A stretch of DNA of 64,000 bases from Owenia fusiformis. Lineage: Eukaryota. Where the stretch lies: the NCBI GenBank assembly GCA_903813345.2, contig CAIIXF020000001.1:4278001-4342000 (forward strand). The letters run 5' to 3'. Numbering within the stretch: the first letter of the stretch is position 1; each line of letters starts with the position of its first letter. A program made the position numbers and the translations under genes. Shown here in pieces: positions 12,601 through 24,600 of the stretch. Under the pieces are notes generated by a model, which had not been told where the DNA came from, did not search any database, and saw nothing but the letters and a program-made list of their open reading frames with translations.

Positions 12601-15600
12601 CGAGAAAACACTGTCTTACAAGTACCAAGGAGACTTTGAAGGAGTCCCGCAAGGTTCTACTACACTCCATTATTATCACAATCTCTTGGAATTCGGTGGA
12701 AAATATTCAAAATTGCGATACATGCAAATTTATGGGCTCGTTAGTTATTTATGCAAAAAAGAAAAATTCCATCCCTCAAATCAGCCAAACCTAATACTAT
12801 TTCAGTAAAAAATTTAAGGTTGTCGAAATATGTACATAATTCGGTTAAAATGACACCTTAGATTCATACATAGAGATAATATGGTTAAAAAATAGGTTCA
12901 CTCAGTACTAAGATATGCAAATATATTTAAAATGCTATGATCTTCTTTGATTTGAATTTTGGCAAAAAGAGTTTCATAGGAGTTCTTCAAGGTTCTATTT
13001 TGGCCCTCTCTGTTAGAACTTGAATTACTTTATGACATTCTCTAATACATTTTAAATATATAAGACAATATTAATTCAAGAATATATTTCAAGTTTGAAT
13101 GAGAATATTGTCAACCAGGTATCAATGCAAACATTGAAGTAGTCTTCCAAGGTTCTACCTTAGTCCATTATTATCACAATCTCTTAATAGTATGATGAAA
13201 TAAGGGCAGGTAGACAAGAACTTATCAATTATACAGAATTACATGTGCAATTGCACAATACTGTACATTTACGTACAGATTTTTTACAAAAGCAAACTAA
13301 ACATGTCTAGAGACTTGCTGGGTTTAGAGCCCCGTGTCGAGTTGTCTACGGTGAGGTCAACAGTAAAGGCCATGTGATGTTGATGTTGCAGCTATAACAC
13401 AGCTAATAGCAGAAACAAAGCAACACAAAACCAACTTGCCAATTGTATGGCTTGATATAACTAAGGCAGCAGTGTACCACACAAATGAACTCAACAGCCT
13501 TGAAGCATTATAATGTTCCTCAACATGTGATTGGCCTTGAGATAGAGCACCTTGAAGGTATTCAGTTGAGATTCTTGACTGAAACAATCACCACTGGTTG
13601 GCAGCCTTTAGAGAAGGGAATCATGGCAGGCTGCATATTACTATTCATGGCAGTTATGAACATCCTTCTGAAAGGAGCCACAAGGAGTGCAATGAATTTA
13701 AAATGAGAAATGGTAACCCACATCCAACATACTAGTATCACATTTTCATGGATTGATGGGGTCACTCTAGCAAATGACACTGAAATAGCCATTCTGTGTA
13801 TCTTCACTGAACTAAAAAAACCTAGTAACCTGGGAATCATATCAAATGTTGCAGTCTCCTGGAAGCTCCCTGCAATTTCCTTATAGAACACTAAATGACA
13901 CAAAACTTATCCAACCAACTAGGCAAGGCAGGGTGGCCTAATAGAACATCCAACATATTGACCCAATTGTCACAAGTACTTCAAACTGCCTAAAGAGTCC
14001 TAAAGCAACATATGTGATTCAGGCAACAGATTGGAAGGTGACTAATTGTAATGACTATTACAATGAGACTCCTTTATTGCCCAAATGACTTGATTGTCAT
14101 CACATCAGAACAATATGATAGTCCCTTTTCTGGCTGTTAAATTCTGCTGGAGTTACAGCAACAGAGTGGAACAAGGCTCTCTTAGAAATAGGCCAAACAG
14201 AAAAATGGTGACTATGGCTGCATTGTGCAGAGCTGGCTGAATAACTTAGTGAGGTTTGATCAATGTGTTTTCCAACCTCTCTGAGTTTGTATGCAGCTTT
14301 AGGGGTAGAAGCAGAAAAATAGAAATTAAACTGACAAAAAGACTAAAGCTGCTAATCACAACCAAACCTGAAGGACAATAGTGCCACAAGCAATGATACT
14401 CCATTGTTTAAACTCACGTCAAAATTCTGCAATTATTTTCTTGCTGGTGTTGTAGTTGTAAAACATACATTGATAAATCTGAAAAACTCACTCAGTACTC
14501 AATGTTCAGTTGTTTTGGAAACTTCAGTTGTTTTGGCAATTTACACAAATTGATTTTGTTGTAAATTAGTGCATTTGTAAGTGTAAAGAATAAGAAGGGT
14601 ATCAAAAGTAAACCTTAAACGGCTCCTATGTAAAAATGACTTTTAAAAACTGATTTTGTTGTAAATTAGTGAATGTATATTCCTAATTATAGAACAGAAG
14701 TACCAATGATGTTAAATTCATTAAATTAAATAGAGTATCCATTGTACCAATTTGTGAGTATACAAAATAAGAAGGGTGTCAGGAAAGAACCTTGCTTAAC
14801 TCCTAATTATTTATTTTGACTTGAGTTCATAACAGTATTATGTGTTATGTGTGTATGTTGTATACTACAGCTCTAAACATAGAGATAAACATGTCTAATC
14901 ATACTCTGATGAAATCATAGCAACCTCTCTATTTTATTTTATGATTACATAACATTACATAGTGATACATGTACTGTACTACATAAACATATAATCACAC
15001 ACATATATAAAATATGTTGTGTCCTATATAGTTATAATAATCATATTATAATATCCAGTTACCTTTGAAGATGGTCTGAATGTACTTATTTGTTTTCTGT
15101 TGATACACGTTTCTAACTTAATCCTACAGAATGATAAAATTGACCACTACTTCCTTTTTCCAATTTTATGGGGTAGGGCACTTTCAACGCTTTTTAAAAA
15201 ATACTTTCAATTTTCCAATAATTGAAATCTTCATATTGTAGTATCAGGCAAAGTTATTAGATGTTTTTTAAATAATAATTAATGTTATTTGTCATTGCAT
15301 TCTTTATTTGAACCTAGAAAATGAACATTATTTCCCATTTTACGCCAAATCGTCACACTTTGGGGCCATGGGAGAGGGCTAAAATTTAGTTTAAAAATTT
15401 GAAAAAAATTCACATGACTATTTTCACCTTAAAGAACAATATTTCACCATGAGAGCATGAATTTTCCCCAAAAAATTTTTTTGCCCACCCTACATGTTAT
15501 TTAAGTCATACTTTGTCGGCCATCTTGGATTTTGGGGGGAAGAAGTGAAATATTCCGTCGATCACAGGGACAGATTTTTTAAAAAAGGTTTTAAGAACCA

Positions 15601-18600
15601 GAAAAGCCAAAGTTTATACTTGTATCACCATCTGAAATATTCTGCCTAATATAGGGGTAAATTCCCCCAACTATATATTTGACTGTTCAAGCAAACAAGC
15701 AAGTAATTGATTGGCTTTTTTTGTATGTCTATAATATGCTTCATAAGGAAGGCATATGATGTACATGTGAGTATGACACGACTCTGGAAGAAGGAAGACT
15801 ATGTTGTTATATTTCAAATTGAACAGGCATGACAGTCACATTAATTTATGTTCACTTCCTTCAGTCGCATAAGACTTTTACGAGTCCTGAAGTTAATTGA
15901 TAACATAAACTGAATCATTAATTTTGAATGCTATCACTGGGAATACCAAAAAAGGTGACTGACAAAAGCACATTAATATTTTTCCCTCAACCATGACAAA
16001 TATGTTTATAGTACTTTATCCTATGCCAAGTAGAGTTTTAGGGAGATAAGTTGGTAAGATATATCCCGTATTTTGATTTTGAGGTTTCCATATCCAGAAC
16101 CTCCATATCTCCCGCCATATCTCCCGCTTCGGTGCATATCTTCCCGCTTCCGGTAATTTCACTTAAAATTTCTTTTTTTCAAATTTTTGGATACATTTAT
16201 CCTTTTGTTAAATTGTTTAACAACACTTTTGTATTTCAAAAAGTTATCAATGTATTTAAAATGTAAAAGTGGAAATGCAAGAAAATGACTTTGCATATGA
16301 ATGATTTGTTTATTTTTACACCTTGTACTATTGAAATGGCCATATGCCCCTGAAAACTTGGTATAGGATAAAGCAGTTATGTACGGTTGGTTTGGATATT
16401 GAGTTCATCCCTCGTGAGATATGCACATCTACCTTCGGTCCCTACGGTTCCTCAGGTAGATATGCATATCTCCCTCTGGATAAACCCCATATCCAAAACC
16501 TCCCAGTACATAACCCTTATGTATATGATTCGGTGTATGTTGAATTCTACCCCTCCCATTCATTGTATTTTTCATTGATAATTTAATTTAATTGAGCTGC
16601 ATTGTCATCACATTATCCCAATTTAAAAATTGTGAATTATTCATCATACATGACTCAATACTCTTTGATTCTAGGTGTCAAGTAACTTGCTTAACCAACA
16701 TTTATGATTTTATCTTATCCTCATTATATAAAATCCTGTTTTTGGATATGTTTCAATGAGGTCATTATTCCAGGAAATGTCAACGGAAATACAACACACC
16801 TTGGTGAATTAATTTGACAGCAGCTCTCTATTTTAAGTTCCACTTATAAATATTTTTCATATGATTAACTGAATTTTGATACATGTTATGCATATCAAGT
16901 ACTATATTTTGGAAAAGTTTCACTTTTTGTGAAATAATTGGTTTTATTATAGAAGTTATAACGCATGATGAAATGTTAAGTGACATCGAATCATTTAATT
17001 GGGGGCATAGGGAGATCTCCTGGGGGATAACCTTGTTAAGGGTCTATAAACTTTTTGTCTATATTTGAATATGGGTTTTGTTTGCGGGTATTCACCAGTG
17101 TTCTAGTAGCATTCAATCTGTGTATTCAATGAGAAAACATGTGGGATGACTATGGTAATCCTAGAAAATACAAAGAGCCAGTGTGAGATTACAACTTACC
17201 TTAAAAACCTTGCGGTTCAATGAAATACTTTTGCTATTCTGCAGATAACTGTTTAGTGAGATTTCTGTGTTTCTCTGTCTTGTGTCTATTCCTGGTTGCT
17301 TATCAACTTACCTCCAGCTCTCTCAACAAGCTAGCTTCTTGACAAAGCATTAAATAAAATGTTTTATTCAAAATATAAGAAATAAAAAGTGCATAATTTT
17401 ATATACATGGAATTGATAGAGACTATAGGAAGAAGATACTTTATATAATTAGGGAGTCAGAACTGTGTATAAATTCATCTGAAAACGGAATTTTGAGTAT
17501 CCTGACTGAAAATAATACATCTCTTCTACTTTAGCAATGTCCCATATCAAGGTGATATGACTAAAGTACAAATGCATCTTGATTGACATAAACCCAACAT
17601 TGATTTCATCTTGGATTTATTAATAACCAATAACCTTTGATTTATGAAACCTAAGATGGGCCTAAAGTGAAGAAACATGTTCTGTTTGACAGCTCTACTC
17701 GATCCTAACCCTACCACTTCTGAAAGGGCCTTTTTAGATGTCTACTCACATGCACATAGCACACTATGAATATACATGTCACCATGAACATACATAATAC
17801 AAAAATAGAGTCTTGTTTGTCTTACATTGAAATTACATGTATATATCTAGGTAGTTTGTGAAGATCATTTCAATATAGTTTCTTTTTTTCTGCCATATAA
17901 GGGCACTTTACACTTGAGAGGTAGAAATTGAGAGGTTTTCTATCGTAGCAAGCATACAAAAATTGCATAAGAAACAAACTTTCAATAGGGAGGTTAAGAA
18001 ACATGTTTTTAAGAGAACATGTATGTGAGTGAGTAATATTTCGACCTTCAGAATTACTGTCCCACAATAAATTCACTTTCGCATGGACCTATTTGCAATT
18101 ATTTTCCTTATACCTTTATACTCAATGGGCCAAGTAAATATTACAAATGGGAGAACTAATCCATAGAGAACCATAATTCTACACATCGTTTTTGATTTTT
18201 GAGTTATTTCTTTGAATTATATATGAAAAATACAAAATAATTTTTTTCCTGGAATGTGTACATTTTCTCCCAATTTTAAAAACTCAGGGCAAGGCTCATA
18301 TATAGAATCTGGAAACCCTCCTCTTGAAAGCCCATGCATACAGTACAGAACTATGAGTGCAGTTAATAACATATCATTTACAGTTTCATTATACCTCCTT
18401 ACAATACATCAATATCCGGTTACATGAGATAGTTCTGCGCATGCGCCAATCAGAGTTCTTGCTGACATGCAAGCCGAGTGGACGTCTATTTGTAGACTCC
18501 ACAATTGATAGTGTTACTGGTGGTAGTATATCACAGTGCACATATACATATTTATATGTATTTATGGAATTTATGATCGGTACGTCTGAATTTCATGTAC

Positions 18601-21600
18601 GATAAGAAAGTAGTTATTTTATCATTACACATTCTGAACACCGGCCAAGTCTGGTTGTTTCAGAAAATAGTATTCACTGTTGTAGATCTGAGATCTCAAC
18701 CTTCATTGAATATTGATAAATAACAACGCTTCAAACCTGTTCACAGGTTATAGCGATTTGTTTTACATTTATTAACTTACTGAATACGCTATTGAATAAC
18801 TGTTCCTATAGGGATCAAGTGAGCGTTGTATTTAATACACGCTAATTAACTATAAACCAGGCCTTGGATTGGTTTAAAAGTTACGTTGCACACTTGCACA
18901 CACTCCATTGTGTTTTCAGTCAAACGGTTCTTTTGTTAGCCAATTGCGATAAAGTAAAAGTGAATAATACGTGTGAGCACATGCTTACAATTTCACTAGT
19001 CTACGTGCAATTAAGTTGTACAATATAGCTGCATGTTTTCGCATTCTGAACAGCTAAATATCAGTGCATTTACTAAACAGTACTAGCAAGTTACAGCTAA
19101 AATGACTTCACAAATGGTGAGAGATAAACCATTAGGGGCCAAGACCCCATCTGAATGTGAGAAAATGGATATAGATGATTCCATCTTAGACGAAACTCCG
19201 TCTGTATCAGGTGTAAAAAAGAAGACACCTCGAAAAACAATTCCTAAGAAATCAGGAAAGAACGATGATATTAAAAACATCACGGAGGCTATAACGTCTA
19301 GTATTTCTTCAGGCATGAGTGACTTGACGGAAATGATGGCATCTTCTTTGCAAGAATTAAAAGAAACCATTCAAAGTGGATATGAAAATGACGAACAGTA
19401 TGATGATGATTCGTACAATGATAATGATCATGATGATTCTGATCAAACACCAGTGAAGAGAATGAAAACTGATATGCAAACGTGTATAGACAATGATACA
19501 GTATCCAGTGAAAATGAGGATACTTCCGACCTAATGAAACAGTTACAATCAAAGTTCAATAAATCAAATGAGGGTCAAGGACCACCATTAAACAAGGCTA
19601 TGTCAAGCCTACTAAATGATCTAATACAGAATGTTTTGAAGGGAGACGAAGAAAGCCAAAAGCTTGATGATTACAAAACCCCTTCAAATACCCCTCTTGT
19701 ATGTGCTGCTAGGGGGAACGAACAAATATGGAGCCGCATCTCTAGTGAGGTCCGCTCGAGTGACATCAAAATGCAACAAGCGCTCAAGCCAATGATATGT
19801 TCCATAGTGGCTATTTCTAGAGCCTTAGAGGTATTGGATTCACTGAAAACTGCCGTCGGAGGAAAGACGGATGAATTCCAAGATCAATTTGGCAATATGG
19901 CAAATTTGCTTTATGACAGCATCCAAATGATGTGTTTGTCGAACTACAAGTTTAACATGAGAAGGCGTGAACTGATAAAACCAGACATTGCCCATAGTTT
20001 CAAACATCTCTGCGACAAAACATCACCTGTAACAACTTTTTTATTTGGGGATGACATTACCAAGAGAGTCAAGGATATTTCAGAAATGAATAAAACCCAG
20101 ATAAACTCAAGCGTCTTTAATCAGTCTCGAGGCAGTTATCGTGGCAGTTATCGAGGCCGAGGAAACCGTGGACGTGGCACACGTGGACGTGGACGAGGCC
20201 AGAATCATTTTTTAGGCCAAGGCCAGAATCGCAACTACAGTCAGCGGCAGGGTTACGCCCAAAACAAATCCTCTCGAGGAAAAGGAAGAGGCAACACGGC
20301 CCAGAACCAGGACAACAAACAGTCCAACAAGTAGCTGCAAATGATCATGAACCTAGTGAGGTAAGAGATTTACTTAGATCTCAATTAAAACATTTCGAAG
20401 GTGGTAGATTGAAATACTTCTATTCAGAATGGGAGAAAATCACTTCAGATCAAACTATTTTGAATGCAATAGCTGGATATGATATTGAATTTATCGATGT
20501 TAACGCTATCCCACGATCTGACCATCCACGACCAATGGTTTTCTCAGATTCAGAATGTTCAGCTGTAGAAGCCGAAATTCAAAAATTTCTCGAAAGAGGC
20601 ATTTTAAAACCAGTTGAGCATTCAAAGATTGGCTATTTATCTTCAATTTTCCTCACACCTAAAAGTGATGGTACAAAAAGAACAATTCTGAATCTGAAAA
20701 ATCTCAATGAACACGTGGAATATCAACATTTCAAAATGGAAAACTTTCAGAGTGTCATAAACATGATAACCGAAAATTGCTATATGAGTACCTTGGACAT
20801 AAAAGACGCGTACTATAGCGTACCTGTGTCTGAGACATCTCAGAAATTCCTTCAGTTTGAGTGGAAAAATACCATATACCAATACACATGTTTAGCGCAG
20901 GGCTTGTCATCAGCACCGCGCATTTTTACTAAGATTATGAAGCCAGTTTTTGCAAAACTGAGAAATGAAGGTTTCATGTCTGTTTATTACATCGACGATT
21001 GTTGTTTGATTTCAGACTCATATGAGGAATGCAAACGCAACATTGCTACAACAATTGACCATCTACAGCATCTTGGTTTTATGCTACATCCTGAAAAATG
21101 CGATCTGATCCCAAAACAGGTAATCAAATTTCTTGGTTTCGAAATCAATTCTAACACCATGGAAGTGAAGTTACCAGAAACCAAAGCAGTCGCTATTCAA
21201 TCGCTATGCATTGAAACGTTGCGTCGAAAAAACAAGATCTCTATAAGAGAGCTTGCAAAACTTATTGGAACATTGGTAGCTTCGTTTCCTGGTGTCAGGT
21301 ATGGTCGGTTATATTACCGTCACATGGATAACAATAAATCGTTAGCTTTATCCCAAAACTGTGGGAATTTTGACACGAAGATCGCATTGAATCTTGATGC
21401 ACAAAATGAAATCAGGTGGTGGATTCGTCATATTAAAAATGCCACTAACCCTATTTCTGTTATAGACCCACAGCATGTATTGCGATCAGATAGTAGCATG
21501 GCAGGATGGGGTGTGTTTGATGTGACAAATAATACCAGAACTGGTGGACGATGGAATTACGTTGAGTCTAGACACCATATTAATTACCTGGAATTATTAG

Positions 21601-24600
21601 CAATATTTCTTGCACTCAAAACCTTTTGTAGGTCTGTTAGAAACAAACACGTGAGAGTCGAGACTGACAACACTACAGCTATGACGTATGTCAACAACAT
21701 GGGTGGCTCAAAATCTATTGACTGCAATATTCTAGCCAAACAAATATGGCAATGGTGTATTTTTCGTGATATTTGGCTGTCATCATCTCACATTGCAGGT
21801 ATTGAAAATGTCGAAGCTGATTCCGAGTCTCGCATTTTCCATGATGAGACTGAATGGATGCTTGATGAACAGGTTTTTGCAGATATTTGCAACATTGACA
21901 TGTTTCCCAACCCAATTCTAGATTTGTTCGCATCAAGATTGAACAATCAGCTTGGGAAGTACGCATCTTGGAGACCAGATCCAGAAGCTGAATTCATTGA
22001 TGCATTCTCAAAAACATGGAATTGTATGGTTACTTATTATGCCTTTCCGCCTTTCAGTATTCTGATGAGAGTGCTGAACAAAATTCAACACGATAGAGCC
22101 GACGTTCTCTTGATCTTACCCCTCTGGCCCACTCAACCGTGGTGGCCAAAGATGTTGAACCTTTTAACCACACATCCAGTTGTGCTACCCCAAGGACGGA
22201 AGATCCTAAGCCTACCATACAATCCAGAGGCACAACATCCGTTGAGAAAACTGACATTAATTGCCTGTCATTTGTCAGGAATTCCCTCCAGAAACAAGGA
22301 CTTTCTGTCCCAGTTACCGAAATCATCCTACAATCTTGGAGACCAAAATCACAAAAGCAATACGAGGTTTATCTCAAGAAATGGATTTCGTTCTGTTACA
22401 CGAGGGAAATTGATCCAGTTCAAGGAACTTTACAGTTAGGTTTGGAATTTTTAATGACATTATCGGTAGATAACCTAGGCTATAGTGCCATTAATACCGC
22501 ACGCAGTGCGCTCTCATCTTGTATTAACTTTCCCAAAACAGAGACATCTTTTGGGCAACACCCTCTAGTGGTGAGGTTTATGAAAGGTATTTTTAATAAG
22601 AATCCTCCTTTACCGAGATATACGAAAACTTGGGATGTCAGTGTGGTTCTGAGACATTTGCAGAGTTTTTTCCCAATAGAAAAAACAACTTTGCTTGAAT
22701 TAACGTTGAAGCTTATCATGCTAATTGCGTTGGTTTCCGCACAACGAGCACAAACGTTACATCTATTGTCACTAAACAATCTCATTATTGAGAAGGACTG
22801 CTATGTGTTTACAATATATGACAATGTAAAACAATCAAAACCTGGAAAATCAAATCCAATTATCAAACTCCATAAGTATGATGACCCAAGTCTCTGTGTT
22901 GTAGTCACGTTGAGAGAGTACATACAACGAACTGAAAAATTAAGGGCTGGTGAATCAAAATTGTTTGTTAGTACTATCAAGCCCCATAAAGCGGTGTCTA
23001 AGGATACAATAAGTCGTTGGCTTAAACTTGAACTTAGTAGAGCTGGTATTGATACAGACACTTTCAAAGGTCATAGCACTCGTAGTGCTGCAGTTTCTGC
23101 GGCTAGCAGATCTGACGTAAATGTGGACTTGATTTTGAAAACTGCCGGATGGAGCAGTGATTGTTGTTTCAGGAGGTTTTATAATAAACCTTTGGACATT
23201 GATAATGAAAAAACGTTTGGTAAAGCGGTCTTAAGCCTATAAGAATACTTAAAATGTTTGAGTTTGCATTGACAAAACAATGTCAAAATTGTATTAAGTA
23301 GTTTATTAATAACAATATGCTTTATTTGTTTATTGTACATAATCTGTCTGTTGTTTATCAGTCAGTTGTCCTTGAAGGGAATTTAATCTTACTTAATTTC
23401 CCTTTTTGACCTATGTGCCCAGTTGGCTTTAAAATCTCATGTAACCGGATATTGATGTATTGTAAGGAGGTATAATTGGAAATTAAACGAAACTTTTGTA
23501 AAAAGGTGAAGTTTGATTGTAATTATACCGACTTACAATACAGCAATAAGGTTACATGCCCTCCCAGTGAGGCCCTACCCTAATCACTACCGTTATGGAG
23601 TCAAACATCTACAAAGGGTATAATCCAAATTTATGTTTTACAATTGGTATAATTTTACAATGTAATTAATTGTTACAATTAACCTTTTACTCATGTATTA
23701 TTTGTCAAGAAACATGAGTTGTACACCTGGGCACAGTAGGTCTTAGTTTTAAAGATCTGATTGGCGCATGCGCAGAACTATCTCATGTAACCTTATTGCT
23801 GTATTGTAAGTCGGTATAATTACAATCAAACTTCACCTTTTTACAAAAGTTTCGTTTAATTTCCAATTATATTACATAGAATACTACTTTATGTAGAAAA
23901 TTGGTCAAGAGCCTGGTTATACAAAAATACAATTGAAATAGGCTGAGTGTCTTCATTTCATCTGTTCATTTGTTTATAAAACATGTTCTGTATTTGTACA
24001 TGTTTCTAAAACTACTTCAGACTGAGTAAATATGTCAGTTATTTTACTGCTATTTTATCGCTTGACGTTTGTTTATAAAAGGAGAATTAATCTGATTTGG
24101 AGTGGTATCCGTATCACTGATTAACCCACACTAGCTACTGGTAAACAAGCTGCCTCTCTTTGTGATGTAAAAAGACTTGAAAGTTTAATTGAACAAAGTG
24201 ATGTACATATTGAGGATGAGTGTATCAATCAGTGGGGATCGATTAGTAGGTCAAGTGATGTTACTAGCGTCCATACCAGCAGATAATTTATTTTATATTA
24301 TTGGAATGCTATGCTTTATATGGAATTTATCCAACAAGAGTTCATTTTTGTGTCTAAAATGAGATAATGGGATCTTGCATTGTTTAACCCCCATTTCTAA
24401 AAGGCATAGAAATGCCATATATATGGGTGTGTATGAATATAACAACATATATATGTACTTTGTTATCAATAATAATTTTATCTTTTGTTTTGAACTGAAG
24501 CGATAAATGCATCATGTTAGAAAAAATAAAATAGTCTTCACGAGATATTAATACATACAAGGAAGAATAATAGATCTTATACCATCTCTAATTTTTAGAT

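Larger units (their letters stand above)
18388..23871 (+). mobile_element. Full-length DIRS1-type tyrosine-recombinase retrotransposon in a TESK intron
   Basis: Left ITR 18388-18454; right ITR 23756-23820 plus a right extension 23821-23871; ICR 23434-23558; three uninterrupted ORFs (gag, RT/RH/MT, YR); ATTATA at both ends. Confidence 0.96.

Noticed and set aside
18579-19096. Possible intron in the DIRS 5' leader (CG|GTACGT ... TTACAG|CTAAAATG)
   Set aside because: Weak polypyrimidine tract and several competing AGs; there is no reading-frame constraint to test it.
19102-23242. RT + methylase + integrase as a prophage, retron or bacterial contaminant
   Set aside because: The ITR/ICR architecture and ORF order are those of DIRS1 retrotransposons, and the block sits inside a spliceosomal intron.
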